DNA from: Candidatus Hadarchaeota archaeon
GTDB taxonomy: Archaea > Hadarchaeota > Hadarchaeia > Hadarchaeales > Hadarchaeaceae
NCBI GenBank assembly: GCA_964514965.1
Contig: CAZETV010000001.1
Span: 390,001-422,000 of the forward strand
Direction: 5' to 3'
Length of the DNA stretch: 32,000 nucleotides
A program made the translations under genes and the position numbers. Positions 9,409 to 18,156 of the stretch are shown piece by piece. The notes beneath the pieces were generated by a model. It saw only the letters and a program-made list of their open reading frames with translations. It ran no database searches and was not told the DNA's origin. Each line of letters starts with the position of its first letter. Position 1 is the first letter of the stretch.

Positions 9409-10778
9409 GCTGCAGCCTCCAGAGCCCGCATGACTTTGAGCACATCAAGTTCGCCGAGTACCTTTCCTTGAATTTGCAGCCCAGCCGGAATGCCTCCGAC
9501 TTCGCCCGCCTTGATCACGCCACTGCAGATTCCCGCGAGGTTAGCAGGGATTGTCAGATAGTCATAGCTGTACATCTGCATGGGCGTGAGCGCGGTTCCC
9601 AGCTTGTGAGGAAGCTTGGGTACAGTAGGTCCCACGATGACATCGACTCGCTCGAAAGCCCTCATGAGTTCCTGCCGGATTAAGGTTCGGACTTGGAGCG
9701 CGCGCTGGTAGTATTTTCCCCGGTACTCCTTTCTGCTTATGTACTGACCGCGCAGGATTCGACGGAGAACTTCCTCGCCGCAGACATCCTCGATGCGTTT
9801 TCCATACTTTCGCCCGTCGAACTTTCGTGTAGCAGAGAAGAACTCAACCGAGACGATGAGGTAGTAGGCGGACAGGCCGTGCTCTAGGTTCGGCAGTTCC
9901 ACCTCCACGATTTCGGCCCCGATATCACGCAACTTTTCCACAGCACCATCGATGACGTTCATGATCTTGGACTCCGTGAGTTCCGCGAATTTTGAGCTTA
10001 CGCCGATGCGAACCCCTTTTAGCCCGCCGTCGCTCAACTTCTCCAAATAGCTCACTCGATCCACATCCAGCATCACGCACTCGTTCGAGCTTTTGCCCGA
10101 TATTGTCTCAAGGAGGAGGGCTGCTCCATGGACATCGGGTGCAAGAGGGCCGATCTGATCCAGACTCATTCCGAGGTCGATAAGTCCTTGGCGCGGAACC
10201 AACCCGTACGTGGGCTTGAAACCAACCACGCCGCAGTGGCTGGCAGGGTTTCTTATCGAGCCACCAGTGTCAGTGCCCAAAGAAAGGTCACAAAATCCTG
10301 CCGCGACCGCCGCTGCCGGCCCGCTGCTTGAGCCACCCGGTATGCGTCCCGGAGCGGAAGGATTGTCGGTGGGGCCGAAAGCGCTTGTCTCGCCGCTCGA
10401 GCCGCACGCGAACTCATCCATGTTGTTCATACCCACCACGATGCCGCCCTCAGCCCGGACCCGCTTGACGACTTCTGCATCGTAAGTTGAGACGTAACCC
10501 TCGAGCGTACGCGAGGCGCAGGTGGCCCGAAGTCCTGTAACATTTATGTTGGACTTCACCCCGATCGTCAGCCCGGCAAGCTTCCCGACCCGTTCGCCAC
10601 GCTTGAGCTTGCGGTCTATTGCTTCAGCCTCGGCCAGCGCATGGGGGTTCAGCTCGATAAAAGCTTTAATCCGTTTGTCCTGTTTTTTTATTCGCTCTAG
10701 CACCCGCCGCACGTTTTCCACAGCGGAGAGCTCCCCGCGACGGATTGCATCGAGTTTCTCTAGCGTTCCTCGGCCCAC
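9405..10778 (-). CDS. gatA: Asp-tRNA(Asn)/Glu-tRNA(Gln) amidotransferase subunit A
   Basis: Amidase signature 'PGRIPGGSSSGPAAAVAAGFCDLSLGTDTGGSIRNPASHCGVVGFKPTYG'. Confidence 0.97.
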   Translation of the reverse strand: MGRGTLEKLDAIRRGELSAVENVRRVLERIKKQDKRIKAFIELNPHALAEAEAIDRKLKRGERVGKLAGLTIGVKSNINVTGLRATCASRTLEGYVSTYDAEVVKRVRAEGGIVVGMNNMDEFACGSSGETSAFGPTDNPSAPGRIPGGSSSGPAAAVAAGFCDLSLGTDTGGSIRNPASHCGVVGFKPTYGLVPRQGLIDLGMSLDQIGPLAPDVHGAALLLETISGKSSNECVMLDVDRVSYLEKLSDGGLKGVRIGVSSKFAELTESKIMNVIDGAVEKLRDIGAEIVEVELPNLEHGLSAYYLIVSVEFFSATRKFDGRKYGKRIEDVCGEEVLRRILRGQYISRKEYRGKYYQRALQVRTLIRQELMRAFERVDVIVGPTVPKLPHKLGTALTPMQMYSYDYLTIPANLAGICSGVIKAGEVGGIPAGLQIQGKVLGELDVLKVMRALEAAA

Positions 10779-11017
10779 CGTGCAACCTCCACTTTAAGGT
10801 TCCCTCGGTCGTCGGAGCTAGGCATGTTTGAGATGAACCGTTTTCGAAACTTGTCTCGCTCCTCCGCGGGCGTCGGCTTTCCGTCGGGGCGGACGATGTT
10901 ATAGGATTCCTGGCTGTAGTATGTTTCTATGAGTTCTGGAAGCTCTTTCGCGGCCTCAACAAATGACTCGACTATTTCCTCGGCGCTGCGCTCGATCTTT
11001 TTCTCCTTTTCAGCCAT
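10760..11017 (-). CDS. gatC: Archaeal-type GatC-like amidotransferase subunit C
   Basis: Small ORF overlapping the gatA start; 'ELPELIETYYSQESYNIVRPDGKPTPAEERDKFRKRFISNMPSSDDRGNLKVEVARW' resembles archaeal GatC. Confidence 0.75.
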   Translation of the reverse strand: MAEKEKKIERSAEEIVESFVEAAKELPELIETYYSQESYNIVRPDGKPTPAEERDKFRKRFISNMPSSDDRGNLKVEVARWAEER

Positions 11018-11119
11018 CCAGACCCCACTTGATATCTCCGCCGCTATATGAAAAGTTTGGTACCCAACATCACTACTGTAACTTTAAGCTTAAACCGACT
11101 AATTTTCTTTGGTGGCGGT

Positions 11120-12160
11120 TTGAAAAAACTAGCCAAATTTTGGGAGAAATTATCGGACAAGAAAGTCCGTTGCTCGCTTTGCCCATGGAAGTGTGTGATA
11201 GCTCCCGGCAAGTTGGGCGTCTGCCGTTCCCGAAAGAACGAAGACGGCGAGCTCTACAGCTTGGTTTACGGCTCAATCGTTTCGATGGCAGCCGACCCCA
11301 TCGAGAAAAAATCCTTTTATCACTTTTGGCCGGGAACCAGCGCTTTTTCCCTCGCGGCCCCGGGTTGTAATCTCAAATGTCTGCACTGCCAGAATTGGGC
11401 CATCTCGCAGGTGAAAGTTGAGGAGATTGCCCACGAGGATCTTCCACCCGAGCGAACAATTGAACTAACCAAGCGTTACGGTTGCAAGGGCATAGCCCAT
11501 ACTTACACCGAGCCAACAATTTGGACTGAATATGCTACCGATGTAGGAAAACTAGCACACCGTGAGAATCTTTACAATGTATACGTGACCAACGGCTACA
11601 TAACCCTCAACGCATTGCAGGAACTCGGACCATATCTCGACGCAGCCAATGTCGATGTCAAGGCGTTCAACGATAGTTTTTACAGGAAGATATGCGGGGT
11701 TCCGAGCATCAACCCAATCCTAGAAACCTGTGAGTGGATGGTCGAACACGGCATTCATCTCGAGGTGACCTATCTGGTGATCCCCCGCGAGAACGACAGC
11801 GCTGAAGAAATTCGAAACTTCTGTAAATGGGTTTTTGAAAAACTCGGCCCCGAGGTTCCCACCCACTTCAGCCGCTTCTACCCCCACTATAAAATGACGG
11901 ACCGACCACAAACACCGGTGGAAACGCTTGAGAGAGCGGTGAAAATAGCCAAGGAGGAGGAGCTGCACTATATTTACATAGGCAACGTCCCGGGGCATGC
12001 CAATGACAACACCCACTGCCCCAAGTGCGGCGAGCTGCTAATCGAGCGCTACGGGTTCAGCATCACGCGCTACGAGTTAAAGGATAAGCAGTGCCCGAAA
12101 TGTGGGGCCAAAATAAACGTCGTAGGTGAGTACAGGCCGAGCAAGCGTGGGTGGTTTTAA
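11120..12160 (+). CDS. amrS: AmmeMemoRadiSam/PFL-activating-enzyme-like radical SAM protein
   Basis: 'CSLCPWKCVIAPGKLGVCRSRKN...LYSLVYG...PGTSAFSLAAPGCNLKCLHCQNWAISQ'. TTG start at 11120 is a guess; the frame is open from 11048. C-terminal CxxC pairs. Confidence 0.87.
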   Translation: MKKLAKFWEKLSDKKVRCSLCPWKCVIAPGKLGVCRSRKNEDGELYSLVYGSIVSMAADPIEKKSFYHFWPGTSAFSLAAPGCNLKCLHCQNWAISQVKVEEIAHEDLPPERTIELTKRYGCKGIAHTYTEPTIWTEYATDVGKLAHRENLYNVYVTNGYITLNALQELGPYLDAANVDVKAFNDSFYRKICGVPSINPILETCEWMVEHGIHLEVTYLVIPRENDSAEEIRNFCKWVFEKLGPEVPTHFSRFYPHYKMTDRPQTPVETLERAVKIAKEEELHYIYIGNVPGHANDNTHCPKCGELLIERYGFSITRYELKDKQCPKCGAKINVVGEYRPSKRGWF

Positions 12161-13512
12161 ATTTCACCTTGTCGCTTTGACGCATTTTTTAATTCCTGCA
12201 TACCGAGTTTTGCCAGCTCCTCCGCCCGCTTCCCATCACGGGCCTCTACGAAACATCTAAAGATAGGCTCGGTCCCAGAGGGCCGGAGCAGGAGCCAGCC
12301 GTCATCGAATATTACTCGCAAACCATCGGTGCAATCCAGTTTGTACTTAGCGAAGCGTTTGGCGAGGGCTTTGAGGATTTTGGGCTTGAGTTCATTCGGG
12401 CATTTGACTCTTTCCTTAATCTGCGAGTAACGGGGCAGCGTGGAATCGAGTTCCGAAACTTTCATGCCCGTTTGGTCTAGCAGCTCAACGAATTTCACGG
12501 CGGTCATTATCCCCTCACGACAGAACAACCAGTCTGGGAATATCACCCCACCGTTCTCCTCGCCACCAATGTCGCCACCCCGCTTTCGAAATTCTCCGAT
12601 AATCTCAGGCTCCCCCACTCGCGTGCGTGCGATCTCGCCATCCAGCTTTGAAGCTACGTCATCGAGCAAGGCGCTGGTAGCAACCGTGGTCACGATGCGA
12701 GGACGCTTCCGCTCGCGAAGGTAATGCAGCGCCAAGAGCGCGAAGATGCGATCGCCGCTGAGGGTCTCGCCCCGCTCGTTCACTATTAACGTTCGATCCG
12801 CGTCACCATCGTGGGCCACCCCCAAGTCGGCCTTGCAGGCGAAGACGGTTTTAGCGAGTTCCCCCAAATTTTCTGGAACCGGCTCGAGCTTGCGCCCTGG
12901 AAAAGTACCGTCAAGTTGGCAGTTGAGCGAGACCACCTTGCAGCCCAGCTCCCGCAGCAAACGAGGCGTCACCACGCTGCCCGTAGCATTACCACAATCT
13001 ACTACCACCTTCAGCCCGCGCTTGAACTTTGGGACACGCTCCAGCACGGCATCGATATAGGACCCTAGAGCGTCGGCCTCACTTACGCGTCCGATATATT
13101 GCCAGTTTACCCGCTTTCCCCCTTTGAAAACGATTCGCTCAATCGCCCTCTCACGCTCGCGCTCGAATCCAGCGCCTTCGCCATCCCAGAACTTGATCCC
13201 GTTGTACTCGGGCGGGTTGTGCGAAGCAGTAATGATGACGCCTGCATCACACGAGAAGTTACGGGTAGCAAAAGAGAGTACGGGCGTGGGCGTTAACCCC
13301 AGCCTAAGCACTTCACACCCGCCAGCCGTTAAGCCAGCGGTCAACGCATGCTCTAACATCTCGCTTGAAGTGCGATTATCGTATCCAACCGCTATTTTTC
13401 CCTTGCTATTCAGATGCGTTGCTAGCGCTAAGCCGAGCTCAAACGCTAGCTTGGGAGTCAACTCTTGATTTACGAGACCTCGGACGCCGAAGGTGCCGAA
13501 GAGTTTCGACAT
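12157..13512 (-). CDS. glmM: Phosphoglucosamine mutase/phosphomannomutase family
   Basis: 'LFGTFGVRGLVN', catalytic serine loop 'GVIITASHNPPEYNGIKFW', 'DLGVAHDGDADRTLIVNERG', 'GEENGGVIFPD', 'VRPSGTEPIFRCFVEA'. Start placed at MSKLFG. Confidence 0.93.
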   Translation of the reverse strand: MSKLFGTFGVRGLVNQELTPKLAFELGLALATHLNSKGKIAVGYDNRTSSEMLEHALTAGLTAGGCEVLRLGLTPTPVLSFATRNFSCDAGVIITASHNPPEYNGIKFWDGEGAGFERERERAIERIVFKGGKRVNWQYIGRVSEADALGSYIDAVLERVPKFKRGLKVVVDCGNATGSVVTPRLLRELGCKVVSLNCQLDGTFPGRKLEPVPENLGELAKTVFACKADLGVAHDGDADRTLIVNERGETLSGDRIFALLALHYLRERKRPRIVTTVATSALLDDVASKLDGEIARTRVGEPEIIGEFRKRGGDIGGEENGGVIFPDWLFCREGIMTAVKFVELLDQTGMKVSELDSTLPRYSQIKERVKCPNELKPKILKALAKRFAKYKLDCTDGLRVIFDDGWLLLRPSGTEPIFRCFVEARDGKRAEELAKLGMQELKNASKRQGEI

Positions 13513-13569
13513 GAGTACCGTGAACAATTGTATCGCACTTATTAAATCATCTCACACTAAATCCAACAT

Positions 13570-13660
13570 GGGCCCGTGGCCTAGCTGGATAAGGCGGCAA
13601 GTCTCAGACCCGCAAGCCTTCTAAGCTGCAAACCCGGGGTTCGAATCCCCGCGGGCCCGC
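13570..13660 (+). tRNA. tRNA-Arg (anticodon TCT) with probable 16-nt intron (13600..13615) at position 29/30
   Basis: Acceptor GGGCCCG/CGGGCCC, D arm GCCT..AGGC, spliced anticodon arm GCAGC-CTTCTAA-GCTGC, T arm CGGGG-TTCGAAT-CCCCG. The extra 16 nt aGTCTCAGACCCGCaa interrupts the 5' strand of the anticodon stem. No CCA encoded. Confidence 0.88.
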
Positions 13661-13711
13661 TTTTAAGGGGGCTTATTTGAGCTAGTTTTTGCGATATCTA
13701 AACGAGACGTT

Positions 13712-14140
13712 TTACCGCTGCGGCTCCAAAATATTTTCCGCAGTATTTAGGAAATCTTTAGCGTCTTCAATCGCGCTGGAAGCTTCCTCTCGTGGGATGT
13801 TACCTCCCCTGTACACTATCTCGTGCCGGCTGATCCTGTAAGAGTCCAAGAGATTGGAATACTTAATCAACCGTGAATTTCTTCTGTATTTCTCCTTTAG
13901 GTACACCACCACGCAAGCATGACTCCTTTCTTTGATCCCATCCCTGAAAAGAAGCGCTCTCGCAGCATGTAGCATCGCTTGATATGCTAGGGTGAATGCA
14001 ACATCGAAGTACCCAATGTTAAAATTTCCTTCGGCCCTCTCGATGCTATGCTTAGCCAACCGGATAGTACTCTCAACAGTTGCCTCGCTTGCTCGCCCCT
14101 TTACCAACAAGCCCTTCTCAAAACATTCACGCAGGTTCAC
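13712..14140 (-). CDS. HEPN domain protein (toxin component of a HEPN/MNT pair)
   Basis: HEPN-like helical pattern 'RLAKHSIERAEGNFNIGYFDVAFTLAYQAMLHAARALLFRDGIK...H'. Start overlaps the stop of the upstream nucleotidyltransferase by 4 nt. Confidence 0.83.
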   Translation of the reverse strand: MNLRECFEKGLLVKGRASEATVESTIRLAKHSIERAEGNFNIGYFDVAFTLAYQAMLHAARALLFRDGIKERSHACVVVYLKEKYRRNSRLIKYSNLLDSYRISRHEIVYRGGNIPREEASSAIEDAKDFLNTAENILEPQR

Positions 14141-14700
14141 CCTATCACCAAATCGGCCCCATAGAGCAGGATGTGTTTTCTGACGACATTGAGATAAAAC
14201 GGATCTTTTTCCTTGGCTTTCCTATTCCACTCTACGGGTTCCATGCATGTGACGAGAACCTCCTTCTTCGCCCACTTTTCGAGTTCTTTGAATGAACGTT
14301 TGTCCACTCCCCCGCGTTTAATGACTAAAAAATCAATATCACTCTTTTCATCGTGGGTTCCCTCCGCGCAGCTGCCGTATAACGCTAGAGATACAGTCCT
14401 AGAATTCCCTTCTAAAAAATGATCGAGAAACCCGAGTTCATTCAGCGCGAGGAGAAAATGCGCTTTTTTTAATTCTCTAACCAGTGGCAACTCGTTATTT
14501 AAGGAAAAAATTGTCAGGTTCCCGACTTTCTCTTTCGTCAAAATTCTATCCTCCTCAAATGTCTTGAGATATATCTGTGCCGTCCTTGGGCTTACTCCGA
14601 GCTTGTGGACAAGTTCCTTGAAGTAGATTTTGGTGCTAGGATGAGTGAGGAAGAACTCAAGGATTACCCAGCCTTTGAATTTCCTGAATTCTCGTAGCAT
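14137..14700 (-). CDS. HTH-nucleotidyltransferase (MNT-like antitoxin)
   Basis: N-terminal winged-HTH-like 'YFKELVHKLGVSPRTAQIYLKTFEEDRILTKEKVGNLTIFSL', then nucleotidyltransferase motif 'ALYGSCAEGTHDEKSDIDFLVI' (G-S-x9-11-D-x-D). Confidence 0.88.
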   Translation of the reverse strand: MLREFRKFKGWVILEFFLTHPSTKIYFKELVHKLGVSPRTAQIYLKTFEEDRILTKEKVGNLTIFSLNNELPLVRELKKAHFLLALNELGFLDHFLEGNSRTVSLALYGSCAEGTHDEKSDIDFLVIKRGGVDKRSFKELEKWAKKEVLVTCMEPVEWNRKAKEKDPFYLNVVRKHILLYGADLVIG

Positions 14701-14703
14701 AAC

Positions 14704-14740
14704 TTATAAACCCATAGGTTACTTTATAAACCTATCGGTT
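14704..14740 (-). promoter_or_regulatory. HEPN/MNT promoter with duplicated palindromic operator
   Basis: On the minus strand, two copies of AACCnATnGGTTTATAA about 20 bp apart. Palindromes AACCCATAGGTT (14709..14720) and AACCTATCGGTT (14729..14740), each next to a TATA-like TTTATAA. Confidence 0.55.
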
Positions 14741-14794
14741 AATAAACTGAATGAAGGTCTTTCTCTATTCAAATCGCGTAGAGCAAGTAGCAAC

Positions 14795-14850
14795 ACCCGC
14801 AAGCCTTCTAAGCTGCAGACCCGGGAGTTCGAATCGCGCCGGGCCCGCCA
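14795..14850 (+). pseudogene. Partial, degenerate copy of the tRNA-Arg(TCT) 3' half including CCA
   Basis: acccgcaagccttctaagctgcagacccgggagttcgaatcgcgccgggcccgcca matches 13608..13660 at about 90%; the first 23 nt are identical. No 5' half nearby and the T stem is broken. Confidence 0.88.
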
Positions 14851-14909
14851 TTTTGTGCCCCATTGCATCAATCTTAAATCAAAGTATTGGAAATGGGTGA
14901 TAGGATAGA

Positions 14910-15665
14910 ATGGAACATGTTGAGGTTCTTAACGTTACCGGATTTCGTGCCAAGGAACAGCTTCGTGGGGCCTCCTTGGGAATTCTCCAGATGGGAAGTA
15001 TCGAGTTCCACGGGCCTCACGCTCCACTCGGAACTGACAGCATCATCGCCGCCGCTCTCGCAGAACGGGTCGCAAAAAGACTGGGGGGAATACTCTTCCC
15101 ACTGATTGCTTATAGTCATTGCCCGCCAACCACCGAGGAATATCTTGGAACCGTATCCGTGAGAACAGAGACAATGATTGATTATTTAACCGAGGTATTT
15201 CGTGGTATTCTTGCAGCTGGTGTAAAAGGGATACTTGTGCTAAACGCGCACGACGGAAATATCGAGGTGGTCAAAGCCGCGGGAAAAGTTATCGCCGACG
15301 AATTTCCGGATCGATTTGTCCTGCTGATTAACTGGTGGGAGACGCTCCCCGAGTCTTTCGTCAATTCGTTGGGATTCTTCTCTCAGAGCGGGGGGCACGG
15401 TCACGGCGGTCCGCTGGAAACTTCAGTAGTTCAAGCGATCAAACCCGACACGGTGAAGCTGGACAAAGGGAAAGACATCGATCTAAAACCCGAAAACGTG
15501 GATGAGGCACTTCATGTTGTGTCTGAAGAAAATCGTCGGGATGCTTGGGCTGGCTATCGTGGAAAAATCAGTGAATCCTCTAAAGAAAAGGGAGAAGTTC
15601 TAATAGAGGAGAGCGTAAAACGCATCGTCAAAGCTGTCCAAGAATGGATGAAGTCCGGCACCTGA
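14910..15665 (+). CDS. Creatininase/creatinine amidohydrolase family protein
   Basis: 'LGILQMGSIEFHGPHAPLGTDSIIAAALAERVA', 'YSHCPPTTEEYLGTVSVR', 'LNAHDGNIEVV', 'GGHGHGGPLETS'. Confidence 0.88.
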   Translation: MEHVEVLNVTGFRAKEQLRGASLGILQMGSIEFHGPHAPLGTDSIIAAALAERVAKRLGGILFPLIAYSHCPPTTEEYLGTVSVRTETMIDYLTEVFRGILAAGVKGILVLNAHDGNIEVVKAAGKVIADEFPDRFVLLINWWETLPESFVNSLGFFSQSGGHGHGGPLETSVVQAIKPDTVKLDKGKDIDLKPENVDEALHVVSEENRRDAWAGYRGKISESSKEKGEVLIEESVKRIVKAVQEWMKSGT

Positions 15666-15954
15666 TGCGAATGTATCGTTTTCAGCTTTGGAATTAGATG
15701 ATATAATAACTGGAAAAATGCGAAACCAAGCTCAGGTATCGATGAACCGCCTTTTTCAGATACAGCTGGCATTGACATCGTGATGAATTACCAGAATTCC
15801 ATAAATTCTAAAAATAGAGCACCTGCGCCAAAAGGATAACCTCAAGAGGTGAACTCGGAGAGTCAAAGTTACACTTGCTCTCTCAAAAAAAATCCGAGAC
15901 TAAAGCGTTATTAAGAGGTACTAAAAATTGACATCGGACTCATGGGGTGACAAA

Positions 15955-17052
15955 ATGATTCCTGTATGCGAACCCAACTTGGGCAAAAAAGAACTTGAGT
16001 ACGTCACAGACTGTATCAAAACCAATTGGATCTCGTCGAAGGGGAAATACATCACTGATTTCGAGGAGAAATTCAGCAGATACTGCGGCGCGAAGTACGG
16101 GATAGCCACATGCAATGGGACAACAGCTCTCCACCTCGCTCTTGCCAGCTTAGGGATAAAATCTGGAGATGAGGTGATACTACCAACATTTACCATGATC
16201 GCGACGGCCAACTCCATAATGTATACGGGGGCAAAGCCAGTGCTCGTGGATTCGGAACCGGAGACTTGGAATATCGACCCGACTAAAATTGAAGAAAAAA
16301 TTACGAATAATACAAAAGCGATCATGGTCATGCACACATATGGACACCCTGTGGATATGGACCCGGTATTGGAAATAGCGAGAAATCACGACCTCTGCGT
16401 GGTCGAGGACGCAGCCGAGGCGCACGGAGCGGAGTACAAGGGTAAACGGGTCGGCGCGCTTGGGGATGCGAGCTGTTTCAGTTTCTATGCAAACAAAATA
16501 ATCACGACCGGTGAGGGAGGAATGGTTATCACAAACGACGAAAATATCGCGGAAATGGCGAGGCTTCTCCGCGACCAAGCGTTCGAGCCAAAACGCTTCC
16601 TCCATCGGTACATCGGCTTCAATTATCGCATGACGAACATGCAGGCAGCTATCGGTGCTGCTCAGATGGACTTGATAGACGAATCCGTGGAAACTCGGAG
16701 GCGCAACGCAAGTTTGTATAACTCGCTGCTCAGAGATGTCAACGGAATAACGCTGCCCCCCGAGGCCCCATGGGCGAAGAACGTCTACTGGATGTACACA
16801 GTTCTGGTTGAGGACTCCTTCGGCATGGAAAGAGACAGACTTATGGCATACCTGAAAGAAAAAGGAGTTGACACAAGATCGGCCTTTTATCCAATCCATA
16901 TCCAACCTGTCTATGCGAAGCATTACAAGGGCGAGAAATACCCCGCCGCGGAGGAACTGGGAAGGAAGGGGGTAAACCTCCCCTCCGGAAACACTCTAAC
17001 CGAGGACCAGATAAAATTCGTAGCCGAAACGATAGCTTCGGCAGAAGGATGA
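15955..17052 (+). CDS. DegT/DnrJ/EryC1/StrS family sugar aminotransferase
   Basis: 'IPVCEPNLGKKELEYVTDCIKTNWISSKGKYITDFEEKF', 'VVEDAAEAHGAEYKGKRVGALGDASCFSFYANKIITTGEGGMV', 'YRMTNMQAAIGAAQ'. Confidence 0.95.
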   Translation: MIPVCEPNLGKKELEYVTDCIKTNWISSKGKYITDFEEKFSRYCGAKYGIATCNGTTALHLALASLGIKSGDEVILPTFTMIATANSIMYTGAKPVLVDSEPETWNIDPTKIEEKITNNTKAIMVMHTYGHPVDMDPVLEIARNHDLCVVEDAAEAHGAEYKGKRVGALGDASCFSFYANKIITTGEGGMVITNDENIAEMARLLRDQAFEPKRFLHRYIGFNYRMTNMQAAIGAAQMDLIDESVETRRRNASLYNSLLRDVNGITLPPEAPWAKNVYWMYTVLVEDSFGMERDRLMAYLKEKGVDTRSAFYPIHIQPVYAKHYKGEKYPAAEELGRKGVNLPSGNTLTEDQIKFVAETIASAEG

Positions 17053-17056
17053 ACGC

Positions 17057-18070
17057 ATGTCGGAACTCAGTTTTGCCGTAATCGGTTGTGGCGGGTTCGG
17101 CTCCCGGAGGATAGAAGCGCTCAGAAAAATCGACTCTGAAATAGCTTGCTTGGTGGATGCCGACGAGAAACGTGTTTCGGACCTGGCCCGTGAAATCGGA
17201 TGCGAACACTCCACCGACCATCGCGAAGCCGTGCAAAGGAACGATGTGGACTGCGTCGTGGTAGCAACCCCTAACAAATTTCACGCCCCGATCACGGTCG
17301 CCGCCTTGGAGGCTGGAAAACACGTGATATGTGAGAAGCCACTCGCGAGAACCCCAAAGGAAGCACTAGAGATGGTCGAGGCCGCGAAGCGAAACAAGGT
17401 ATTCCTGAAGACGGGCTCAAACCTCAGATACTTCTCGAACGTGAAGAAGGCTAAGGAGCTTATCGAAGGAAATGTAATCGGCAAGCCCCTCTTCATCCGC
17501 GGGTGGATCGGTCACGACGGAAAGAAGGTTCTGCACGCTTGGAACGTGAAGAGAGATATCTCTGGGGGAGGGACCCTGCTGGACAACGGGGCCCATATTC
17601 TCGACCTATTCCGCTGGTTTATAGGAGATTTTTCCGATTGTTTCGGTCAAGTTCAAACGCTCCAGATGCCTATAGAAGTCGAGGACAATGGAATGGGAGT
17701 TTTCAAGGCTAAAGATGGACGGATGGCTTTCATCCAGTCATCTTGGACGGAGTGGTCGGGGTACATGTACATGGAGGTCTACGGGTCGGAAGGCTCGGTC
17801 ATCATCGACAACCGGGGGGAGAGAGTGGCTGACACGGGGAAATGGTTCGTGACCAGCACTGCGGCACACACGACAAAAGATGGCACTCGCCAGGTGTTCG
17901 ACTATTCCGCCGAGCCACCCCAGTCCTACGAGCTGGAGCTGAGGGATTTCATCAGCTGCATAAAGAAGAAGCGCCAGCCAATGGCCAGCGGCTACGACGG
18001 CATGAGAGTTGTCGAGATGGTCAGCGGGATTTACGAGTCCTCTAGGACTGGTCGCATCGTCAGGCTCTAG
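17057..18070 (+). CDS. Gfo/Idh/MocA family oxidoreductase
   Basis: Rossmann 'FAVIGCGGFGSRR', 'HVICEKPLARTPKEALEMVEAAKR', 'ISGGGTLLDNGAHILDLFRWFIGD'. Confidence 0.94.
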   Translation: MSELSFAVIGCGGFGSRRIEALRKIDSEIACLVDADEKRVSDLAREIGCEHSTDHREAVQRNDVDCVVVATPNKFHAPITVAALEAGKHVICEKPLARTPKEALEMVEAAKRNKVFLKTGSNLRYFSNVKKAKELIEGNVIGKPLFIRGWIGHDGKKVLHAWNVKRDISGGGTLLDNGAHILDLFRWFIGDFSDCFGQVQTLQMPIEVEDNGMGVFKAKDGRMAFIQSSWTEWSGYMYMEVYGSEGSVIIDNRGERVADTGKWFVTSTAAHTTKDGTRQVFDYSAEPPQSYELELRDFISCIKKKRQPMASGYDGMRVVEMVSGIYESSRTGRIVRL

Positions 18071-18101
18071 CTCCGCCTTAGGGTCACCCAAGTAAGAAAA
18101 C

Positions 18102-18155
18102 CTTGTTACTAAAATAACAAGATATTTATATAGTTCTTGTTAGTCACATAACAAG
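18102..18155 (+). promoter_or_regulatory. Promoter-like site: two 20-bp palindromes flanking a TATA box
   Basis: CTTGTTA-ctaaaa-TAACAAG (18102..18121), TTTATATA (18125..18132), CTTGTTA-gtcaca-TAACAAG (18136..18155). Confidence 0.75.
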
Positions 18156-18156
18156 A

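Noticed and set aside
13712-14700. A larger mobile element with integrase or transposase
   Set aside because: No integrase, transposase or replication gene was found in or near the island. Only the HEPN/MNT pair is present, so mobility is inferred from the tRNA duplication alone.
14795-14850. A second functional tRNA-Arg gene
   Set aside because: There is no matching 5' acceptor or D arm upstream (14700..14794), and the T stem is mismatched; it fits only as a 3' fragment.
16180-16923. 247-aa minus-strand ORF
   Set aside because: Entirely antisense to a clear DegT aminotransferase gene. Its composition (H/R/C rich) is typical of a shadow ORF.
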